NCBI GenBank assembly: GCA_038087875.1
Contig: CM075989.1
Span: 248,001 to 312,000, forward strand
Direction: 5' to 3'
DNA from: Malacoraja senta
Lineage: Eukaryota
DNA: 64,000 bases
Positions 1 through 10,696 of the stretch are shown one piece after another. The notes below the pieces were generated by a model. The model was not told the DNA's origin. It saw nothing but the letters and a program-made list of their open reading frames with translations, and did not search any database. The translations under genes were made by a program, and so were the position numbers. Every line of letters starts with the position of its first letter. The first letter of the stretch is position 1.

Positions 1-885
1 AGTTTGGCAAAAGAATAAATCAGGGAAGGTAGCGCATCCGTGGATAACAAGGGAAATCAGGGATAGTATCAAAACAAAACATGAAGCGTACAAATTAGCC
101 AGAAAAAGCAGCCTACCAGAGTACTGGGAGAAATTCAGAGTCCAGCAGAGGAGGGACAAAGGGCTTAATTAGGAAAGGGAAACTAGATTATGAAAGAAAA
201 CTGGCAGGGAACATAAAAACTGACTGCAAAAGTTTTTATAGATATGTGAAGAGAAAGAGATTAGTTAAAACAAATGTAGGTCCCTTGCAATCAGAAACAG
301 GTGAATTAATCATGGAGAACAAGGACATGGCAGACCAATTGAATAACTGCTTTGGTTCTGTTTTTACTCGGGAAGACATAAATAATCTGCCGGAAATAGC
401 AGGGGACCGCGGGTCAAATGAGATGGAGGAACTGAGTGAAATCCAGGTTAGCCGGGAAGTGGTGTTAGGTAAATTGAATGGATTAAAGGCCGATAAATCC
501 CCAGGGCCAGATAGGCTGCATCCCAGATTACTTAAGGAAGTAGCCCCAAAAGTAGTGGATGCATTAGTGATCATTTTTCAAAACTCCTTAGATTCTGGAG
601 TAGTTCCTGAGGATTGGAGGGTAGCTAATGTAACCCCACTTTTTAAAAAGGGAGGGAGAGAGAAAACGGGGATTACAGACAGTTAGTCTAACATCGGTAG
701 TGGGGAAACTGCTAGAGTCAGTTATTAAAGTTGGGATAGCAGCACATTTGGAAAGTGGTGAAATCATTGGTAAAGGTAAATCATGTCTGACGACTCTTAT
801 AGAATTTTTCGTGGATGTAACTAGTAGAGTGGATAAGGGAGAACCAGTGGATGTGTTATATCTGGACTTTCAGAAGGCTTTCGAC
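1..885 (+). mobile_element. CR1 LINE family A, ORF2 fragment (part 1 of a copy interrupted several times and ending at 20390)
   Basis: Encodes KSPGPDRLHP..DWRVANVTPLFKKG..YLDFQKAFD and is near-identical to 24347-25250; degraded. Confidence 0.92.
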
Positions 886-3800
886 TCAGCGCACTAAACT
901 CTACCTTATACTTGAACCTCAGGTAGATGAATTCTAAGTCTTGTCGGTTTTTCATCCGGACATATCTCCCTAAATAAAACATATAATTCCATTCCAAATA
1001 CAAAATATAATATAACATAAGATAGAAAAAGTAATAAAATGTTGTATTAGTAACGTGTAAAAAGTAGAAAAAGAAGTAAACTACAACTATGATTAGTGCA
1101 GTTAGTGATAGCCACCCAAGTGTGGCTAAACATCTAAAGACTTCCGTAGCTTCCATCTGCTCCAACATAGACCACTTTAATCACAAGATGCAAGACGTCA
1201 ATATGAAAATTGGGGGTGAAGGAATTAAATTCTGTAGCTGGAATGTTAAGGGAATTAATGAACCAATCAAGAGAGGTAAAGTATTAGCCTATTTAAAATC
1301 ACTTAAAGCAGATGTAATATTTCTCCAGGAAACACATCTTAAAAAGGAAGCACAACATAGATTGAAAGCCAAATGGATTGCTAAAATGTATCATTCTTCA
1401 TTCTCACATAAATCTAGAGGGTTTGCAATATTAATTCGTAAAGGTATACCCTTTAAACATATATCAACGACAGAAGATATATTGTATTAGTAGGGGAGTT
1501 ATACTCAAAAAAAGTGACTCTCCTTAATGTGTATGGACCAAATTTTGATAGCCCCATGTTCTTTAAGAGAATACTTAACATTATCCCGGAATGTACACAA
1601 CATAACTTAATTATCGGTGGAGACTTAAATTGTACACTGGATGCTTACTTGGATAGATCATCAAGTCAAAGAAAATTAAAATCTCAGTCAAGTGAATTTC
1701 TAAATTCATATATTAATACTACCAATATTAAGGATGTTTGGAGAATTGAAAACCCATCTGGTCGAGAATACTCATTTTACTCACCCGTGCATAAAACTTA
1801 CTCAAGGATAGACTATTTCTTAGTAGACTCTAAACTTATCCCATTTACCTATAATTCGCAATATCATAATATTATAATATCGGACCATGCTCCACTAACA
1901 TTTATGATTAAACTAAACGGAATGACCGAGACAAAGACACAATGGAGACTTAACCCCCAAATCATGAAAGAAAAGCTATGTAATGAATACCTCGTAAAAC
2001 AGATTAATATGTTTTTCGAGGCTAATGACAGCCCTGGAATCTCTGCCTCCCTTCTTTGGGAAACATTTAAAGCATTTGTGCGAGGAGCATTAATGTCCTC
2101 CCAATCATTTATTAACAAAGAGAATAAGGCCAAACAACAGTCTTTGGAAATGGAAATAAGGCAATTAGACATAGAAAATGCAATAGCACCATCTATGGTA
2201 AAACGCAATAAAATTGCAGTACTGAAATATAAGTTAAACAAGATATACTCAGACCAAGTAATAAAACTATATCAACGTACAAAACAATTACATTTTGAAT
2301 TTGGAGATAAACCACAAAAACTATTGGCACGTCAACTTCGTAAACAGGACGGGAAAAAAACAATTTACAAAATTAGATCAGATAAGGGAGAAACATTAAC
2401 ACTACCTAAAGATATTAATGATAGATTTTTACAATATTAACAAAAATTGTAATCATCTAAAACGACAGAACAACCAGTAGGAATGGAAACATTTCTACAG
2501 AAATGTAATCTTACAGGTCTAGATCAGAAAGAGAGAGAATCACTAGATGTAGAAATTACGGTAAAAGACATCGAAGAGTCAATTAGATCTTTAAAAAATG
2601 GAAAGGCCGCAGGTCCTGATGGTCTAAGCTCTGAATTTTATAAAAAAAATTACGATCTGATTTCTCCACGTCTACAGAGACTTTACAAACAAGCTTATAC
2701 TCAACAGAAACTTCCAGAAACTCTAAATGAATCTACAATCATACTTATACCGAAACCGGATAAGGACCCTGAAGACCCAGGTTCATATAGAGCAATAGCT
2801 CTCTTAAGTACTGATCAGAAAATATTAACCAAAATCCTATCTCATAGATTGAGCTTAGTGATTAACAAATTAATACACCCGGACCAAACAGGTTTTATTC
2901 CAAAACGTTACTCATTTTATAATTCGAGAAGACTATTCAATATTATATATACAAATAGAATTCCAAATGCAGATCTAGGAATTATTTCGTTAGATGCTGA
3001 AAAGGCATTTGACCAGGTAGAATGGACATATTTATTTTCGGTAATGAAAAAATTTCAATTGGGAGAGAAGTACTGTACATGGGTTAAATTGTTATACTCT
3101 AATCCAACAGCTAGAATATTAACAAATCAAATGTTATCAGCCAAATTTAATCTTTCTAGAGGTTGTAGACAAGGATGTTCACTATCCGCACTATTATTTG
3201 CTCTTGCAATTGAACCATTAGCAGAAAGCGTTAGAAACCATCCAGGAATACATGGATACAACACTAGAGATACAAGGAATACAATTTCCTTATATGCAGA
3301 TTATGTATTAATATATATTACAAAGTTAGAAACTAGTATTCCAAATCTATTAAATCTAATAACACAATTTGGTCAGTTGTCAGGATATAGGATTAATTGG
3401 AATAAAAGTGAAATTATGCCAATAACAAAATTCAACTTAAAGACAATACAACAATCCCCTTTTAAAATAGTTAAAGATAAACTTAAATATTTAGGAATCT
3501 ATGTAACTAAGACATATACCTCTTTATTTAAACAAAATTTTCCATCCTTACTCAATAAATTACACAAACATATTCAGTACTGGAAAACACTTCCTATTTC
3601 AATGCTTGGTAGAATGAATGCTATAAAAATGATTTTCTTACCGCAACTACTATATTTATTTCAATTAATTCCGATATATATTCCAAAAAACTTTTTCAAA
3701 AAAGTCGACTCCATTGTTACAAGCTCTATTTGGGATTATAAGAATCATAGAATAAGTAAAACACATTTATGTAAGTCAAAGAGCAACGGAGGTTTGGCCT

Positions 3801-5289
3801 TGCCAAATTTCTTATTTTATTTTTGGGCAGTCCATATTAAAAACATGAATTTCTGGCTGGAAGAAATGGACCAACAACCAGAATGGTTAAGGATAGAAAA
3901 GGAAGACTGTTTACCTTTTGAAATAGGTTCGATTATATTTGCTACCACAAAATTGCATAAAAAAACCTATAAGGAAAACCCTATAATACATAGTGGAATA
4001 CGAATTTGGAAACAATTAAAAAAGGCTTTAAAACTGAATAATATACCACTATGTCTTCCCATTGTAAATAATCCTCTATTCAAGCCATCCATATTGGATA
4101 GAGGTTTTATACAATGGAAAAATTATGGAATTAAAAGGATTGGACATCTTTATAGGGAAGGCATCTTTCTGTCATTTCAAGAGTTACAACAGAATCATGG
4201 ACTACACTCAAATAACTTTTTCAGATATTTACAAATTAGAGATTATGTTAAATCCAATACACAAGTTTATAGGACTAGGGAACCAGAAATTCTTGATGAA
4301 TGTTTGAATAAGAATCCTAACACTGAAAAATTAATAGCTTATATTTATAACATTCTCCTAAATAACGAGGTACCACCGATGGAACTATATAGACATAAAT
4401 GGGAAAATTAGTTAGGTTATCCTATTACGAAAGATATTTGGGACGAAAGTTTACAACATATACATCAATGTTCGTTAAATGCCAGACATGCTTTAATACA
4501 ATTTAAAGTCTTACACAGATTTCATTACTCCAAAATAAAACTAAATAGAATTTTCCCACATATATCTCTCCTATATGTGATAAATGCCTGCATCTAGAGG
4601 CCAATTTAACACATACCTTTGCAAATTGTATAAAAATTAAAAATTACTGGACTGAAATTTTTCAAATAATTTCTGAAGTTGTTAATACCAAATTGGCTCC
4701 AGACTCAAAATTAATAATACTTGGGATATCAGAACAAAGTTTAACACTCACAACAAGCCAAAGAAACTTCCTTGACTACAGTATAATAACTGGGAAAAAA
4801 TTAATATTAAAATTCTGGAAAGGCCCTACAACCCCCACAATTAAAATGTGGATTGTGGAAATGTCGGAGACCCTACATCTAGAAAGAATTAGACTTGTCT
4901 TAATGGACAAGCAAGACATTTTTGTTAAAATATGGGCTCCATTCATTGCCTATTTGAAGGGATAGAGTGGCCCAGCGCGAAAGCCCGACTGAAGCTTGAA
5001 CTCAGGATTAGATGTAATTATATTTCATAACCTACGAACTTATCTCCTATGACGTATTATAAGTAATTCATTCCACCTCTTTTTCTTTTTTGATATTGTA
5101 ATTCTTCTTTCTCTCTATTTTTCTTTTTCTATCTATATAAAAAAAAACACTAGAAGCAGAATTAACTGACAATTGACAAATTTAATAATGTATGAGTGAT
5201 TGATGTATATGAAAAGTTTTTTCTTCTCCTATTATAATATGTTACTCTACATTATAATATGTTTGCTTCTAATAAAAATGTATATCACT
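886..5289 (+). mobile_element. L1-clade LINE family A, 5'-truncated, with 5' inversion (886-1152)
   Basis: 13-bp TSD GAAGGCTTTCGAC at 873-885 and 5290-5302; AATAAA at 5271; ORF2 remnants; homologous to the minus copy at 40168-43260. Confidence 0.93.
1188..4965 (+). pseudogene. Disrupted L1 ORF2 (APE endonuclease, RT, Cys-rich C-terminus)
   Basis: SWNVKG..LQETH, YSRIDY, SDHAP, LDAEKAFD, RQGCSLS and YADY (from YADD); split by stops and frameshifts into ORFs 1089-1490, 1514-2440, 2483-4411 and 4693-4965. Confidence 0.92.
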
Positions 5290-5662
5290 GAAGGCTTTCG
5301 ACAAGGTCCCACATAAGAGATTAGTATGCAAACTTAAAGCACACGGTATTGGGGGTTCAGTATTGATGTGGATAGAGAACTGGCTGGCAAACAGGAAGCA
5401 CAGAGTAGGAGTAAACGGGTCCATTTCAGAATGGCAGGCAGTGACTAGCGGGGTACCGCAAGGCTCAGTGCTGGGACCACAGCTATTGACAATATATTTT
5501 AATGATTTGGACGAGGGAATTGAATGCAACATCTCCAAGTTTGCGGATGACACGAAGCTGGGGGGCAGTGTTAGCTGTTAGGAGGATGCTAGGAGGCTGC
5601 AAGGTGACTTGGATAGGCTGGGTGAGTGGGCAAATGCATGGCAGATGCAGTATAATGTGGAT
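5290..5662 (+). mobile_element. CR1 family A RT fragment (part 2 of host copy)
   Basis: [18 protein letters not shown]; resumes exactly after the L1 TSD. Confidence 0.9.
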
Positions 5663-5855
5663 TGATTGATTGATATATTTTTATACTTTTTATTTCGAAC
5701 AATTAAAAAAAAAGAAAAGAAAAGATGAAAATGAATAATAAATAAATGAAAATTATATATATACATATATATATACATAAGTACATACACACATACATAC
5801 TTATACATGTACATATATACATACATACATATACACACATACACATATACATAAT
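5663..5855 (-). mobile_element. 3' tail/UTR of Crack-like (L2/CR1 group) LINE
   Basis: (TGAT)n tail, AATAAA on the minus strand and AT/AC-rich UTR; TGGAT is duplicated at ~5658-5662 and ~18507-18511 around the reassembled element. Confidence 0.6.
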
Positions 5856-6873
5856 ATGTCAGATGTGGGAGGTCATGGAGTTTGATAGCCCTCCAGACGT
5901 TCACATCTGTGTCAGGTGCGTAGAGATGGGGTTCCTAAGGGACCGTGTTAGGAACCTGGAGCAGCAGCTCGATGACCTCTGTCTGATCAGGGAGAGTGAG
6001 GAGGTCATAGAAAAGAGTTATAGGGAGGTGGCCACTCCAAGACCACGGGAGGCAGACAAGTGGGTCACGGTTAGGAAGGGCAAGGGGCAGAGGCAGGGAC
6101 TAGTGAGTACCCCGGTGGCTGTACACCTTGAAAATAAGTACTCCTGTTTGAGTACTGTTGAGGGAGACAGCCTTCCTGCGGGTAGCAACAGCGGCCGGGC
6201 CTCCGGCACAGAGACCAGCCCTATTGCTCAGAAGGGTAGGGAAAGGAAGAGGAGGGCAATAGTAATAGGGGACTCCAGTCTGAAGAAGGGTTTCGGCCCG
6301 AAACGTTAGCTATTTCCTTCGCTCCATAGATGCTGCTGCACCTGCTGAGTTTCTCCAGCATTTTTGTGTACCTGTAATAGGGGACTCTATGGTTAGGGGG
6401 TCAGATAGGCGATTCTGTGGACGCAGTCAGGAGACCCGAATGGTAGTTTGCCTCCCTGGTGCCAGGGTCAGGGATGTGTCTGAACGCGTCCAAGATATCC
6501 TGAAATCGGAGGGAGAGGAGCCTGAGGTTGTGGTACATATAGGTACCAATGACCATAGGTAGAAAAAGAGAAGAGGTCTTGAAAGGAGAATTTAGGGAGT
6601 TGGGAGGAGAGTTAAGGAGATGGTCTACAAAGGTAACAATCTCAGGATTACTGCCTGTGCCACGTGACGGTGAGAGTAGGAATGGTGAGGTGGAGGATAA
6701 ATGCGTGGCTGAGGAACTGGTGCAGCGGGCAGGGATTCAAATTTCTGGATCATTGGGATTTCTTTTGGGGAAGGAGTGACCTGTACAGAAAGGACGGGTT
6801 GCACTTGAACCCGAGGGGGACCAATATCCTGGCGGGGAGATTTGCAAAGGCTACTGGGGAGACTTTAAACTAG
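5856..6873 (+). pseudogene. CR1-B ORF1 (CxxC zinc finger/coiled coil plus SGNH/GDSL esterase), disrupted
   Basis: HICVRC..LEQQLDDL, VIGDS, VHIGTND and DGLH motifs; interrupted by the insertion at 6276-6373 and a frameshift. Confidence 0.85.
6276..6373 (+). mobile_element. 98-bp Penelope-derived insertion with minimal hammerhead ribozyme core
   Basis: 14-bp TSD GTAATAGGGGACTC at 6262-6275 and 6374-6387; CTGAAGA-A-GGG-TTTCGG-CCC-GAAAC at 6280-6304; absent from the paralogue at ~17190-17210. Confidence 0.8.
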
Positions 6874-6878
6874 AACGG

Positions 6879-9575
6879 TTGGGGGTTGGGACTCAAATAG
6901 AGAAAGCTAGTGAAAAATGTGGGAGGCAGGAGGCAGAGAAGGGAAGCACTCGGACCCAAAATGTAGGGGAGAAAGAAGAAAAAGATAATAAACAGAGAAT
7001 AAGTGGTGGTGGGTTTCTTAAATGTGTATATTTTAATGCTAGGAGCATTGTAAGAAAGGTGGATGAGCTTAGAGCCTGGATTGACACCTGGAAGTATGAT
7101 GTTGTGGCGATCAGTGAAACATGGTTGCAGGAGGGCTGTGATTGTCAAATAAATATTCCTGGATTTCGTTACTTCAGGGGTGATAGAATTGGAGGGGCAA
7201 GAGATGGGGGTGTTGCATTGCTTGTCAAGGAAGATATTACAGCAGTGCTTTGGCAGGATAGATTAGAGGGCTCGTCTAGGGAGGCTATTTGGGTGGAACT
7301 GAGAAATGGGAAAGGTGTAGCAACACTTATAGGGGTGTATTATAGACCGCCAAATGGGGAGCGAGAATTGGAAGAGCAAATATGTAAGGAGATAGCAGAT
7401 ATTAGTAGTAAGCACAAGGTAGTGATTGTGGGAGATTTCAATTTTCCACACATAGACTGGGAAACACATTCTGTAAAAGGGCTGGATGGTTTGGAGTTTG
7501 TAAAATGTGTGCAAGATAGTTTTTTGCAGCAATACATAGAGGTACCTACAAGAGAAGGGGCAGTGCTGGACCTCCTGTTAGGAAATGAGACAGGGCAGGT
7601 GGCGGAGGTATGCGTCGGGGAGCACTTCGTGTCCAGTGATCACAATACCATTAGTTTCAATATAATTATGGAGAGGGTCAGAACTGGACCTAGGGTTGAG
7701 ATTTTTGTTTGGAGAAAGGCTAACTTTGAGGAGATGCGAAAGGATTTAAAAGGAGTGAATTGGGACATGTTGTTTTATGGGAAGGATGTAGAAGAAAAAT
7801 GGAGGACATTTAAGGGTGAAATTTTAAGAGTACAGAATCTTTATGTCCCTGTTCGGTTGAAAGGAAATAGTAAAAAATGGAAAGAGCCATGGTTTTCAAG
7901 GGAAATTGGACACTTGGTTCCGAAAAAGAGAGAGATCTACAATAATTATAGGCAGCATGGAGTAAATGAGATGCTTGAGGAGTATAAAGAATGTAAAAAG
8001 AATATTAAGAAAGAAATTAGAAAAGCTAAAAGAAGATATGAGGTTGCTTTGGCAGGTAAGGTGAAAGTAAATCCAAAGGGTTTCTACAGCTATATTAATA
8101 GCAAAAGGATAACAAGGAATAAAATTGGTCCATTAGAGAGTCAGAGTGGACAGCTATCTGCAGAGCGAAAAGAGATGGGGGAGATATTGAACAATTTCTT
8201 TTCTTCGATATTCACGAAGGAGAAGGATATGGAATTATGTGAGGTAAGGGAAACGAGCAGAGTAGCAATGGAAACTGTGAGATTCAAAGAAGAAGAGGTG
8301 CGGACACTTTTGAAAAATATGAAAACGGATAAGTCTCCAGGTCCTGACAGGATATTCCCTGGGACATTGTGGGAAGTTAGTGTAGAAATAGCAGGGGCTA
8401 TGACAGAAATATTTCAAATGTCATTAGAAACGGGAATAGTGCCGGAGGATTGGCGTACTGCGCATGTTGTTCCGTTGTTTAAAAAGGGTTTGAAGAGTAA
8501 ACCTAGCAATTATAGACCTGTTAGTTTGACGTCAGTGGTGGGCAAATTAATGGAAAGGATATTTAAAGATAATATATATAAGCATCTGGATAAGCAGGGT
8601 CTGATTAGGAACAGTCAACATGGATTTGTGCCTGGAAGGTCATGCTTGACTAATCTTCTTGAATTTTTCGAAGAGGTTACTAGGGAAATTGATGAGGGTA
8701 AAGCAGTGGATGTTGTCTATATGGACTTCAGTAAGGCCTTTGACAAGGTTCCTCATGGAAGGTTGGTTAAGAAGATTCAATTGTTGGGTATTAATGGTGG
8801 AGTAGCAAGATGGATTCAACAGTGGCTGAATGGGAGATGCCAGAGAGTAATGGTGGATGGCTGTTTGTCAGGTTGGAGGCCGGTGACTAGTGGGGTACCA
8901 CAGGGGTCTGTGTTGGGTCCACTGTTGTTTGTCATGTACATCAATGATCTGGATGAAGGTGTGGAAAATTGGATTAGTAAGTATGCAGATGATACTAAGA
9001 TAGGTGGTGTTGTGGATAATGAAGTAGATTTTCAAAGTCTACAGAGAGATTTAGGCCATTTGGAAGAGTGGGCTGAAAGATGGCAGATGGAGTTTAATGC
9101 TGACAAATGTGAGGTGCTACATCTCGGCAGGACAAATCAAAATAGGACGTACACGGTAAATGGTAGCGAATTGAGGAATGCAGTTGAACAGAGGGATCTA
9201 GGAATAACTGTGCATAGTTCCCTGAAGGTGGAATCTCATGTAGATAGGGTGGTAAAGAAAGCTTTTGGTGTGCTGGCCTTTATAAATCAGAGCATTGAAT
9301 ATAGAAGTTGGGATGTAATGTTAAAATTGTACAAGGCATTGGTGAGGCCAATTCTGAAGTATGGAGTACAATTTTGGTCGCCTAATTATAGGAAGGATGT
9401 CAACAAAATAGAGAGAGTACAGAGGAGATTTACTAGAATGTTGCCTGGGTTTCAGCAACTAAGTTACAGAGAAAGGTTGAACAAGTTAGGTCTTTATTCT
9501 TTGGAGCGCAGAAGGTTAAGAGGGGACTTGATAGAGGTCTTTAAAATTATGAGCGGGTTAGACAGAGTGGGTTAG
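6879..9575 (+). CDS. CR1-B ORF2, endonuclease/reverse transcriptase (no in-frame AUG before the EN domain; C-terminus continues to 9829 after a small indel)
   Basis: [42 protein letters not shown] and YADD in one 898-aa ORF. Confidence 0.92.
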   Translation: MGVGTQIEKASEKCGRQEAEKGSTRTQNVGEKEEKDNKQRISGGGFLKCVYFNARSIVRKVDELRAWIDTWKYDVVAISETWLQEGCDCQINIPGFRYFRGDRIGGARDGGVALLVKEDITAVLWQDRLEGSSREAIWVELRNGKGVATLIGVYYRPPNGERELEEQICKEIADISSKHKVVIVGDFNFPHIDWETHSVKGLDGLEFVKCVQDSFLQQYIEVPTREGAVLDLLLGNETGQVAEVCVGEHFVSSDHNTISFNIIMERVRTGPRVEIFVWRKANFEEMRKDLKGVNWDMLFYGKDVEEKWRTFKGEILRVQNLYVPVRLKGNSKKWKEPWFSREIGHLVPKKREIYNNYRQHGVNEMLEEYKECKKNIKKEIRKAKRRYEVALAGKVKVNPKGFYSYINSKRITRNKIGPLESQSGQLSAERKEMGEILNNFFSSIFTKEKDMELCEVRETSRVAMETVRFKEEEVRTLLKNMKTDKSPGPDRIFPGTLWEVSVEIAGAMTEIFQMSLETGIVPEDWRTAHVVPLFKKGLKSKPSNYRPVSLTSVVGKLMERIFKDNIYKHLDKQGLIRNSQHGFVPGRSCLTNLLEFFEEVTREIDEGKAVDVVYMDFSKAFDKVPHGRLVKKIQLLGINGGVARWIQQWLNGRCQRVMVDGCLSGWRPVTSGVPQGSVLGPLLFVMYINDLDEGVENWISKYADDTKIGGVVDNEVDFQSLQRDLGHLEEWAERWQMEFNADKCEVLHLGRTNQNRTYTVNGSELRNAVEQRDLGITVHSSLKVESHVDRVVKKAFGVLAFINQSIEYRSWDVMLKLYKALVRPILKYGVQFWSPNYRKDVNKIERVQRRFTRMLPGFQQLSYRERLNKLGLYSLERRRLRGDLIEVFKIMSGLDRVG

Positions 9576-9950
9576 ACGTGGATAAGCTTTTCCCATTGAG
9601 AGTAGGGAAGATTCAAACAAGGGGACATGACTTGAGAATTAAGGGACAGAAGTTTAGGGGGAACATTAAGGGGAACTTCTTTACTCAGAGAGTGGTAGCT
9701 GTGTGGAATGAGCTTCCAGTGGAAGTGGTGGAGGCAGGTTCGATGTTATCCTTTAAAAATAGATTGGATGGGTATATGGACGGGAAAGGAATGGAGGGTT
9801 ATGGTCTGAGTGCAGGTAGATGGGACTAGGGGGAAGTATTTATTTTTAATTAAAAAAAAATTTAAAATTTTTTTTAAAATGTTCGGCACGGACTTGAAGG
9901 GCCGAGATGGCCTGTTTCCGTGCTGTTATGGTTATATGGTTATATGGTTA

Positions 9951-10690
9951 TAACATATATGTACATACATAAATTAAAAAATCAAAAGCCAATTTCAACA
10001 TAATACACATTAGACTCGTTCAAAAAGGGATAGGAAGAAGCCTATGCTTGTCGTCCTACCCCCATTCTTCACCATTAACAAATGCAAAATTCAATAAAAT
10101 AAACTAAACAGACAATTCAAATAAAACTACTCCAATCAAGCTATTAAGAAAAAAAGAACAAAAAAATAAAAGAACAAAAAGAACAAGCACCATTAACATC
10201 TGTGAGATTTACATTCTCCTTCCTCATTACTGTACTTTTCAAAGATATATCTTTTGTACATTTTTTTAAATTGCATTATATTCATACTTTGTTTAATCGT
10301 TTCATCAAGACCATTCCACAAAACCACCCCACAAATGGAAATACACATACTTTTTAAATTGGTCCAAGCATAATGCTGTTTCAAATTTAGTTTCCCTCTA
10401 AAGTTATAACCCCCCTCTCTGTCTCTGAACAGTTTTTGTATGTTTACAGGTAGCAGTTTATTTTTTGCTTTATAAATTATTTGTGCAGTCTTAAATTCTA
10501 CCAGATCCTTAATCGTTAAGGTGTGTAATTTTAAATACAGTATATTGGTGTGTTCATGATATCCTACATTGTTTATTATATGAATAGCTCTTTTTTGTAG
10601 TGTGCTTAGTGATTGTAAGGTGGTTTTGTAGGTGTTGCCCCATACTTCCACACAGTAATTTAAATACGGTAACACAAGTGAGCTGTACAG
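9951..10690 (-). mobile_element. Crack-like LINE, C-terminal RT region and 3' UTR
   Basis: LYSSLVLPYLNYCVEVWGNTY..LQKRAI..GVVLWN (ORF 10193-10768); joins in frame to ARHVLNERAVYI ending at ~12281. Confidence 0.8.
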
Positions 10691-10696
10691 AATATA

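Larger units (their letters stand above)
5856..9950 (+). mobile_element. CR1 LINE family B, near full length
   Basis: ORF1 remnant plus 898-aa ORF2; 3' GGCC-GAGAT-GGCC hairpin and (TATGGTTA)n tail. Confidence 0.95.

Noticed and set aside
5578..6309. ORFs with IHIYIH/YVYV repeats fused to CR1 ORF1
   Set aside because: Chance read-through from an AT/AC simple repeat across an insertion junction.
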